Shown here in pieces: positions 1-7,100 of a DNA stretch of 64,000 nucleotides. The notes beneath the pieces are model-generated. The model saw only the letters and a list, made by a program, of their open reading frames with translations. It made no database searches and had not been told where the DNA came from. The stretch is from Gemmatimonadota bacterium. GTDB taxonomy: Bacteria > Gemmatimonadota > Gemmatimonadetes > Gemmatimonadales > GWC2-71-9. The stretch is from the NCBI GenBank assembly GCA_016794825.1, contig JAEUJH010000300.1, positions 4,095 to 68,094 of the forward strand. Direction: 5' to 3'. The translations under genes were made by a program, and so were the position numbers. The number at the start of each line of letters is the position of its first letter. The stretch's first letter is position 1.

Positions 1-3000
1 GCGCCGCCGCTATCCGGGCCCTGAGTCAGTCCCTGGGCGGGACGCCCTTCACGACCCTGATGGCGGCGTTCAACGCCCTGCTCTACCGCTACACGGGGCA
101 GGAGGACCTTCTGGTCGGCACCCCGGTGGCGAACCGGAACCTGGTCGAACTGGAGCCACTGATCGGGTTGTTCGTCAGCACGATGGTGGTTCGAACCGCC
201 GTCGACGGCGCTTCGACTCTTCGCGACGTCGAGTTGCGGGTTCGCCACTCGATGCTCGAGGCCGCGGAACATCGGGACTTTCCCTTCGAGAAGATCGTCG
301 AACAGGTGCGCCCCGATCGGAGCCTGGCGCACTCGCCGCTGTTCCAGGTGGCGTTCGTGTTCCACAACACGCCGCTCACCGGGACCTTCGACACCCTCGG
401 CGGCGGGGCCATCTACGAGTTGAGCTTGTTCCTGTCGGACAGCGGCAACGCGATCCACGGGTCGATCGAATTCAACGCCAACCGGTACGACCCCGACACG
501 ATCCGACGCATGGTCGGCCATTTCGTCGCGTTGACCGACGATGCCGTGGCGCACCCGGATCGCCCGATTTCGGCGCTGGCGATGTTGAGCGGGGCGGAGC
601 GGCACAGGTTGTTGGTCGAATGGAACGCCGCCGCCGACCTCGCCGAGCGGGAGGCTTCGGTCGTTCACCGGTTCGAAGCCCAGGTGGCTCGGACGCCGGA
701 TGCCATCGCGGTGGAAGCAGCTGGCGAGACGGGGGCCTCGCTGACCTATCGGGATCTCGATCGACACGCGAATCGGCTGGCGGCGGTGCTGGTGGCACGC
801 GGGGTCGAGCCCGGCGACACCGTCGCGGTCGGCCTGGGCCGTTCCCTCGATTTCGTTGGGGCCATCCTGGCGGTGCTCAAGGCTGGCGCGGCGTACGTCC
901 CGATCGACCCCGCGCTCCCCCGTGACCGGCGCGACGTCCTCCTGGGCGAGGCCCGCGTTCGGCGGATGATCGCTCGCGGTTCGACGTTCCCCGGCGCTTC
1001 GGCCGGCATCGAGCTCGTGGACCTCGACGAGCTCGGACCGGTGCCCGACGAGCGAACCGCCACTCGGCGCCACCGCGATCCCACGCCCGAGTCGGCCGCG
1101 TACGTGATGTTCACATCGGGATCGACCGGACAGCCGAAGGGCGTCGTGATCCCGCACCGGGGTATCACCAGGCTGGTCGTCGACCCCAACTACGTCCAGT
1201 TCACCCCCCACGACGTCGTCCTCGCCGCCGCGCCGGTTTCGTTCGACGCCTCGACGTTCGAGATCTGGGGCGCCCTGCTCAACGGGTGCCGGCTGGTGGT
1301 GTTCCCCGACGGCCCCCCAGAGATCACCGCGCTGGCCGCGGCGCTCGAGCGTCATCGGATCACCATCCTGTGGCTGACCGCCGGGCTGTTCCAGTTGGTC
1401 GTGGAGGCGAGGGTGGACGCCCTGGCGGGCCTCCGTCAGCTGCTCGTCGGGGGTGACGTCGTGTCGCCCTCGCACGCGAAGCGGGCGGCGGCAATCCTGC
1501 GCGACGGGGTGCTGATCAACGGCTACGGGCCGACGGAGAACACCACCTTCACCTGTTGCCACCCGATGCGCGGCCCGGAGGCGGTCCCGGACCCCGTTCC
1601 GATCGGGCGGCCGGTGCGAGGAACCCGGGTCTACCTCCTCGACGCCGCCATGCAGCCGGTGCCCATCGGGGTGCGTGGCGAGCTGTGGACTGGCGGCGAC
1701 GGAGTCGCGCTTGGCTATCTCAATGACGCGGACCTCACGGCCAGTCGGTTCCAACGGGATCCGTTCCGGTCCGAGGTCGACGCCAGGATCTACCGCACCG
1801 GCGATCTGGCCCGCTACCGGTCGGACGGCGTGATCGAGTTCCTCGGCCGGGTCGACGGACAGATCAAGATCCGTGGTTTCCGGGTCGAGCCCGGCGAGGT
1901 CGAATCGGCCCTCCGTCGCCACCCGGCGGTCACGGCAGCCGTTGTGACGGCTCGCGAGTACCGTTCGGGGGACCGGCGCCTGATCGCCTACGCCGTGCTC
2001 GATCCCGACGCCAAGATCTCACCCGACGAGCTCATCGCCTGGCTCCGGCAGCACTTGCCCGAGTACGCCGTGCCGACACGGTGCGTCGTGCTGCCCGCAA
2101 TGCCGCTGACGCGAAACGGCAAGGTCGACTTCGCCGCGCTGCCGGTGCCGGCGGAACGGGGCCCCCAGGCCGCCGCCGCTCCCGACGGACTGGAAACCCA
2201 GTTGATCATCACCTGGGAGCGGGTCCTCGGGATCACCGGCATCGGCCTCGGCGACAACTTCTTCGACCTCGGCGGCAATTCGCTGCTCGGCCTCCAGCTG
2301 CTCGCGGAACTGGAGCGGGCGATGGGCCGTCGGGTACCGGCGGCGGTGCTCTACCAGGGTCAGACGGTCGAGACGATGGCCGCTGTGCTCCGTACCGACG
2401 TCGGCGCGATGTCGTTTGGCACGATCATGATTCAGCCGGGCGGCGAGCGAACGCCGCTGTTCGTCGTGCCCGGCATCAACGGCAACATCATCGGCTACGA
2501 CGTTGTGGCTCGGGCGTTTGGATCGGATCAGCCGTTCTATGGCCTCCGCGCGGTCGGCCTGGACGGGGAGGCCCGTCCCCTCGAGACCATCGAAGCGATC
2601 GCGGCGGCGGCGGTTCGGGAGATCCGCCGGATACAGCCCACCGGGCCCTATCAGCTCCTCGGCTTTTGCATGGGCGGCATGGTGGCGTACGAGGTGGCGC
2701 AACAGCTCCGCGGTGCCGGACAGGTGGTGTCGTTCGTCGGGATGATCGACACCTTCGCACCGGAGCAGATCCCGATGAAGGCCAAGCTGACCCGAACCGG
2801 GCATCAGGTCCGGTTCGTGGCGGGCCGTTTGCGCCGCTACGCCCGGACGTTATCCGGTCTCCCCTGGCGCAAGCGTTGGGGGTTCGTGCGGGAGAAACTG
2901 GGCGTGGCGGCCCAGGTGGTGCAGCAACGGGATCTCTACCGGGGCAACCGGTTCGTTCTGTATCGAGAGCAGGTCTCGGCGGCCAACCAACGGGCCGCGG

Positions 3001-3269
3001 CCCGCTATCGGCCACGACCCTATCCGGGGGCGCTGCACCTGATCATGTCGACGGAACGCGGCGTCGGCAACGAGAACGACTCTCGCACGCTCTGGGCCAG
3101 GCTCGCCGCGCCGGACACCCGGATCCTGTGGACCACGGCGCCCGATTCGGGAGCGGTGCTCCGGTCGCCCTACGCCGAGCAGCTGGCGGCGTCGCTTCGG
3201 CCGCTGCTGCTCGATCGTCCGCCCGGCGCCGCGAGCGGCCCGGTCAGCGGGACGCCGCCGACCGGGTGA
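1..3269 (+). CDS. Non-ribosomal peptide synthetase, terminal module, 5' end cut by window edge: C(partial)-A-PCP-TE
   Basis: Frame 3 is open from nt 3. It shows the C-domain C-terminal half (FNALLYRYTGQEDLLVGTPVANR). A-domain cores are present: FTSGSTGQPKG, NGYGPTE, YRTGDLARY, GRVDGQIKIRGFRVEPGEVE, NGKVD. PCP motif FFDLGGNSLL has its Ser codon at 2280-2282. A C-terminal alpha/beta-hydrolase TE follows. Hand-extracted specificity code is DAFWLGGTFK (Val-like). Confidence 0.95.
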   Translation, partial: AAAIRALSQSLGGTPFTTLMAAFNALLYRYTGQEDLLVGTPVANRNLVELEPLIGLFVSTMVVRTAVDGASTLRDVELRVRHSMLEAAEHRDFPFEKIVEQVRPDRSLAHSPLFQVAFVFHNTPLTGTFDTLGGGAIYELSLFLSDSGNAIHGSIEFNANRYDPDTIRRMVGHFVALTDDAVAHPDRPISALAMLSGAERHRLLVEWNAAADLAEREASVVHRFEAQVARTPDAIAVEAAGETGASLTYRDLDRHANRLAAVLVARGVEPGDTVAVGLGRSLDFVGAILAVLKAGAAYVPIDPALPRDRRDVLLGEARVRRMIARGSTFPGASAGIELVDLDELGPVPDERTATRRHRDPTPESAAYVMFTSGSTGQPKGVVIPHRGITRLVVDPNYVQFTPHDVVLAAAPVSFDASTFEIWGALLNGCRLVVFPDGPPEITALAAALERHRITILWLTAGLFQLVVEARVDALAGLRQLLVGGDVVSPSHAKRAAAILRDGVLINGYGPTENTTFTCCHPMRGPEAVPDPVPIGRPVRGTRVYLLDAAMQPVPIGVRGELWTGGDGVALGYLNDADLTASRFQRDPFRSEVDARIYRTGDLARYRSDGVIEFLGRVDGQIKIRGFRVEPGEVESALRRHPAVTAAVVTAREYRSGDRRLIAYAVLDPDAKISPDELIAWLRQHLPEYAVPTRCVVLPAMPLTRNGKVDFAALPVPAERGPQAAAAPDGLETQLIITWERVLGITGIGLGDNFFDLGGNSLLGLQLLAELERAMGRRVPAAVLYQGQTVETMAAVLRTDVGAMSFGTIMIQPGGERTPLFVVPGINGNIIGYDVVARAFGSDQPFYGLRAVGLDGEARPLETIEAIAAAAVREIRRIQPTGPYQLLGFCMGGMVAYEVAQQLRGAGQVVSFVGMIDTFAPEQIPMKAKLTRTGHQVRFVAGRLRRYARTLSGLPWRKRWGFVREKLGVAAQVVQQRDLYRGNRFVLYREQVSAANQRAAARYRPRPYPGALHLIMSTERGVGNENDSRTLWARLAAPDTRILWTTAPDSGAVLRSPYAEQLAASLRPLLLDRPPGAASGPVSGTPPTG
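2440..3269 (+). other. Thioesterase (TE) domain with Cys in the nucleophile elbow
   Basis: PLFVVPGINGNIIGYDVVARAFGSDQPFYGL, then GFCMGG (Cys codon TGC at 2667-2669) where G-x-S-x-G is expected, then MIDTFAP (Asp). In the C-terminal APDSGAVLRSP segment, Ser occupies the position where the GDH His usually aligns (hand alignment). Confidence 0.8.
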
Positions 3270-3624
3270 CGACGATGAACCAGAGGATGGCGAAGCCGGC
3301 CAGGCTGACCAGCAGGCCGGCCACGGGAAGCACCTTGTCGCGATCGCGCGAGTTGACCAGGCTGCTGAAGCCGAGGCCGGTGCCCAGCCCGGTGGCGAAG
3401 AACAGCCCGAGAATCCCGCCGAGGAGCATCGTGGACTCCGGGTGACTGCGACCGATCGTGACCGCGAGCAGGAAGAACCCGGCAATGCCGCCGACTCCGA
3501 GGACGCAGGACAGGATCGCGAGACGAGAGTAGTATCCAGGCCGTCGGCTGGTGGCGTGCTTGGGGGCCTGGGCCTTGCCCAGGATCAAGCCGGGAGACGG
3601 ATCGGCGTTAGGCACGTAGGACAC
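3244..3624 (-). CDS. Small integral membrane protein, function unknown
   Basis: 126-aa ORF with a GTG start, strongly G/C-biased third codon positions and 3-4 predicted hydrophobic helices (LAILSCVLGVGGIAGFFLLAV, LLGGILGLFFATGLGTGLGF, VAGLLVSLAGFAILWFIVV). Its 3' end overlaps the convergent NRPS gene by 26 nt. No clear SD. Confidence 0.5.
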   Translation of the reverse strand: MSYVPNADPSPGLILGKAQAPKHATSRRPGYYSRLAILSCVLGVGGIAGFFLLAVTIGRSHPESTMLLGGILGLFFATGLGTGLGFSSLVNSRDRDKVLPVAGLLVSLAGFAILWFIVVTRSAASR

Positions 3625-3642
3625 TCCGGAGGGGAGGGAAGG

Positions 3643-3717
3643 ATGGCTAGTATACGGCGCGCCGGGAACCCCGTCCAGAGTGGCGGCGAGGCCGCACCCG
3701 GTCGGGGGGTGGCGTGA
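3643..3717 (+). CDS. Candidate 24-codon leader ORF coupled to the ABC permease
   Basis: A purine-rich SD run GGAGGGGAGGGAAGG (3629-3642) directly precedes ATG 3643. The ORF (MASIRRAGNPVQSGGEAAPGRGVA) ends at TGA 3715-3717, overlapping the permease GTG start at 3714 (GTGA). Confidence 0.2.
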   Translation: MASIRRAGNPVQSGGEAAPGRGVA

Positions 3718-4604
3718 CGGCCACGCCGGTCGCCGTGACCGAGAGCACCCCGCCCAGGTGGCGTCGCGACCTGGTCGACGGGGTGCGGGATACCTGGCGG
3801 GCCCGCGACCTGATCGTGCAGCTCGCCAAGCGCGACATCCGGATCCGCTACAAGGAAGCGGTGATGGGCTTCCTCTGGGCGCTCGTCATGCCGGTTATGG
3901 TGATCCTGTCGGGACTGATCATCAGGACGGCGCTGTCCCGCGCCACCGGGGGGTCGATCGACCGGGCGGTGGTCCTCGGGCTGGGCCTGAAGGGCATCAT
4001 GTGGGGGTTCTTCTCGGCCGCCCTCGGCACCGGGACCACGACCCTGACGAGCGGCGGCAACCTGGTCAGCAAGATCTATTTCCCGCGCGCGGCGCTTCCG
4101 ATCGCCACCACCATCACGGCGGCGCTCGACGCCACGATCGCGCTGACCGCCCTGACCCTGGCGGCCCCGTGGCTCGGCGTCCGGTGGAGCGCGGCCCTCC
4201 TCTGGGTTCCGATCCTCGCCGGCCTTCTGCTCATGATGACCGCGGCCGCGGTGCTCTTCTTCAGTTGCGCCAACGTGTTCTTCCGCGACGTGAAGTACCT
4301 GGTGCAGATGGGCCTCACGTTCGGGATCTTCGTGACACCGGTCTTCTTCGAGCCGGCCATGCTGGGCGGGAACGCCCCCTATCTGATGCTCAACCCCCTG
4401 GCCCCCATCCTGGAAGGCCTGGTGCTCGCCGTTCGTGACGGGCACAACCTCCTCACGCCGCTGATCGCTTCCGGGGCGGATGGCCTGACGGCGATCTGGT
4501 CCCCCTGGTACCTGGGATATTCCGCGGCCTGGGCCGGCGGTGGCCTCTTCCTCGCGGCGGCGATCTTCCGCCGGGCCGAATTCCACCTAGCGGACTTCGT
4601 GTGA
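3714..4604 (+). CDS. ABC-2 type transporter permease (Wzm/TagG-like)
   Basis: The N-terminal RDLIVQLAKRDIRIRYKEAVMGFLWALVMP signature is typical of ABC-2 polysaccharide/teichoic-acid exporter permeases. About 6 hydrophobic segments. Stop overlaps the ATPase start (GTGA at 4601-4604). Confidence 0.85.
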   Translation: MTATPVAVTESTPPRWRRDLVDGVRDTWRARDLIVQLAKRDIRIRYKEAVMGFLWALVMPVMVILSGLIIRTALSRATGGSIDRAVVLGLGLKGIMWGFFSAALGTGTTTLTSGGNLVSKIYFPRAALPIATTITAALDATIALTALTLAAPWLGVRWSAALLWVPILAGLLLMMTAAAVLFFSCANVFFRDVKYLVQMGLTFGIFVTPVFFEPAMLGGNAPYLMLNPLAPILEGLVLAVRDGHNLLTPLIASGADGLTAIWSPWYLGYSAAWAGGGLFLAAAIFRRAEFHLADFV

Positions 4605-5794
4605 GCTCACCGGCCGGCAGGATCGAGGCGATCGCCCTCGGCAAGAAGTATCGGCGAGGCCGCCAGCACGATAGTCTGCGGGACCTGATCCCCGCCGTGG
4701 CCCGGCGGCTGTTCTCGAGCCGCGCCGAGTCCGGGCGGCTTCGGCCGGAGGAGTTCTGGGCCCTGCGGGACGTCAGCTTCGACGTCGGGCCCGGCGATTC
4801 GCTCGGCGTGATCGGACACAATGGGGCCGGCAAGTCGACCCTGCTTCGACTCCTGATGCGGGTGACCCGACCGACCACCGGGCGGTGCCGGATCACCGGG
4901 CGGCTGAGCGGGCTGCTCGAGATCGCCGCGGGCTTTCATCCCGACCTCACCGGCCGAGAGAACATCTGGCTGCAAGCCGCGATCCTCGGCATGAGCCGAG
5001 CGGACATTCAACGGCGCTTCACGGCGATCGTGGACTTTTCGGGCATCGCGGAGTTCATCGATACCCCGGTCAAACGCTACTCGAGCGGGATGATGGCGCG
5101 CCTCGGCTTTTCGATCGCCGCGCACGTCGACCCCGACGCGCTCATCATCGACGAGATCCTGGCCGTCGGCGACCAGCAGTTCCAGGCCCAGGCTTTCGGA
5201 CGGATTCGCGAACTGGTGACCAGCGGCCGGCCCGTCATCCTCGTGTCGCACCAGCTGCCGGCGGTCGAGGAGCTGTGCCGGCGAGCGATCCTGCTTGAGC
5301 ACGGCACGATCGTCCACGAGGGGGCGGCGGCTGAGTGCGTCAAGCACTACCTGGGCACTGCCGGAACCACGTCGCGGCAACTCGCGGAGGATTCGCCGGT
5401 CACCATCGACGCGGTCGAGGCCGTCGATGCCGATCTGGTCCGCTCGGGCGACCGACTCAAGCTCCGGATCACGGCGTCGGTCGGCGGGCCAATCGACGAT
5501 CACCTCGAGCCGATCGCGGTCATCCTCCGCATGACGGCCGGCGGGACGATCCTGGCCGTGGTGGGATCCCGGGAGGCCGGTTTATCGCTTCCAACCGGCG
5601 GGCCAGTCAGTCTGGCGGTTTCGCTCCAGTTGAACGTGGCGCCGGGAATCTATTCGATCGAGGTCGTGGCTTGGGACAAGAAGCGGGAAGTCGCGCTGGC
5701 TTCCGGCCCGCCGGTTTCTGTCCAAGTGCAATCGGGACAACAGTTTCTGGGCCTAGTTCAAACCCACCCGGAAATGCGGATTCTGAGCAAATGA
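4601..5794 (+). CDS. ABC transporter ATP-binding protein, Wzt/TagH type with extra C-terminal domain
   Basis: Walker A GHNGAGKSTL. TagH/Wzt-type block GFHPDLTGRENIWLQAAILGM...FIDTPVKRYSSGMMARLGFSIA, then Walker B LIIDEILAVGD. About 145 additional C-terminal residues lie where the Wzt substrate-binding beta-sandwich sits. Confidence 0.9.
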   Translation: MSSPAGRIEAIALGKKYRRGRQHDSLRDLIPAVARRLFSSRAESGRLRPEEFWALRDVSFDVGPGDSLGVIGHNGAGKSTLLRLLMRVTRPTTGRCRITGRLSGLLEIAAGFHPDLTGRENIWLQAAILGMSRADIQRRFTAIVDFSGIAEFIDTPVKRYSSGMMARLGFSIAAHVDPDALIIDEILAVGDQQFQAQAFGRIRELVTSGRPVILVSHQLPAVEELCRRAILLEHGTIVHEGAAAECVKHYLGTAGTTSRQLAEDSPVTIDAVEAVDADLVRSGDRLKLRITASVGGPIDDHLEPIAVILRMTAGGTILAVVGSREAGLSLPTGGPVSLAVSLQLNVAPGIYSIEVVAWDKKREVALASGPPVSVQVQSGQQFLGLVQTHPEMRILSK

Positions 5795-5837
5795 GTGTTG
5801 TGTTCTCGCAACGGCGTTGCGTTGGAGTTACACTTTG

Positions 5838-6605
5838 ATGGCTCGAACACCTCCTCGGTGGTTTGTTCGGAGTCGGCCCAATCCCGATGCCCGTGTCCGA
5901 CTGATCTGCTTTCCACACGCCGGTGCGGGTGCTTCGGTCTACCGACTTTGGGGCCCCGACCTGGCTCCGGAGGTTGAGGTTGCGGCGGTGCAACTGCCCG
6001 GACGGGAGTCGCGCTTCACCGAGCCCGCGCCGACCGATCTGCGCGCCGCGGCCGAGGCGGCCGCCGACGCCATTGAGCCTGAGGTCCGCCCGCCCTTTGC
6101 GGTGTTCGGTCACAGCATGGGGGCGTGGCTTGCGTTCGAGTTCACTCGGATCCTCGAGTCGCGAGGTTCACCTCCCGTTCATCTCTTCGTCAGCGGACGA
6201 AGGGCACCGCACACGCCAGAGCGGTTTCCCCCCATGGGAGATCTGAACGACGACGAACTGGTCGCCGAGCTCGATCGGCGGGGTGGCGGGATGGCCCCGG
6301 AGATCCTGGCCAATCGAGAACTGCTGGCGCTGCTGACTCGAACGATGCGAGCCGACGTACGGGCGGTGGAGCGCTACCGGCCGATCGCGTCCGCGCCCAC
6401 CCTGACGGTGAGCCTAACGGCATTCGGGGGAATCGACGATCGGTTCGTGAGTCCGGAGGAGCTCGCCGCCTGGCGGACGACGAGCTCGGCGCCTGTCGCC
6501 GTCGAGATGTTCCCCGGGGGTCATTTCTTCCTCCACGACGATCGACACCAGGTGCTTCGGACCATCAGGACGGTCCTCCTTCCCGAGCCCGCGCCGGCGG
6601 TGTAG
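5838..6605 (+). CDS. Type II (editing) thioesterase
   Basis: RLICFPHAGAGASVYRLW, GHSMGAWLAFEF (GxSxG) and GGHFFL near the C-terminus. ATG 5838 is preferred over the TTG 5817 of the ORF track (GGAG lies 10 nt upstream). Confidence 0.9.
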   Translation: MARTPPRWFVRSRPNPDARVRLICFPHAGAGASVYRLWGPDLAPEVEVAAVQLPGRESRFTEPAPTDLRAAAEAAADAIEPEVRPPFAVFGHSMGAWLAFEFTRILESRGSPPVHLFVSGRRAPHTPERFPPMGDLNDDELVAELDRRGGGMAPEILANRELLALLTRTMRADVRAVERYRPIASAPTLTVSLTAFGGIDDRFVSPEELAAWRTTSSAPVAVEMFPGGHFFLHDDRHQVLRTIRTVLLPEPAPAV

Positions 6606-6683
6606 GGGAATCCCGACTGTGCGCACGCTTCTTGCCCCCTGGGGAGGAGAGCTTCGAGCCACGTCGTCGTAACCAGTCTGATC

Positions 6684-6713
6684 GGCTGCCCCCCCCCCAA
6701 AAAGGGGGGCCGT
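6684..6713 (+). terminator. GC hairpin built on a C10-A5-G6 tract between the TEII gene and the megasynthase operon
   Basis: cggctgCCCCCCCCCCAAAAAGGGGGGccg: the C run is 6689-6698, the A run 6699-6703 and the G run 6704-6709. No downstream U tract, so terminator function is uncertain. Confidence 0.25.
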
Positions 6714-6840
6714 CGCCTGGTCGATCCAGAGGAGCCTTTCTCGTGAACCACCACGCGCTCGCCGCTGGAGGGATGCTCCGTCGCCTCCGTCGGACGAACG
6801 GCCAGTTCGGCCCCGATCAGGATCGGGGGCCGGGGGCCTG

Positions 6841-7100
6841 ATGGAGGCGCGCGTGGTACCCCGCCGTCTTCTCCACGCCTCGGTCGACGAGTGCGTGGTG
6901 GTCGAGCGCACCGCGGCCGACGGGTCCCGGGTGTTCCTGGCCTACCTGGTATCGGCGGCACCGCTCAACCTGGACGCCATCGGCTCGGCCCTTCGGAGCG
7001 TGGTCGGCGCGAACGACGTACGGCCCGTCCCGGTTGCGTCGATCCCGCTCCGATCGGATGGGACCGTCGACCTGGAGGCGCTCGCCAGGATTCCGGTGAT
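6841..7100 (+). other. Orphan adenylation-domain C-terminal-subdomain-like fragment at the protein N-terminus
   Basis: LLHASVDECVVVERTAADGSRVFLAYLVSAAPLNLDAIGSALRSVVGANDVRPVPVASIPLRSDGTVDLEALARIP follows the A8-A10 pattern (HPxVxEAVVVxR...RLVAYVV...LP.YM.P..FV.LD.LPLT.NGK.DR.AL). DGT replaces NGK, and no A-core precedes it. Confidence 0.55.

Noticed and set aside
168-192. tRNA T-arm-like string GGTGGTTCGAACCGCC
   Set aside because: It lies inside the NRPS C-domain coding frame (…TMVVRTAVDG…), and no acceptor or anticodon arms can be built around it. No tRNA genes were found anywhere in the window.
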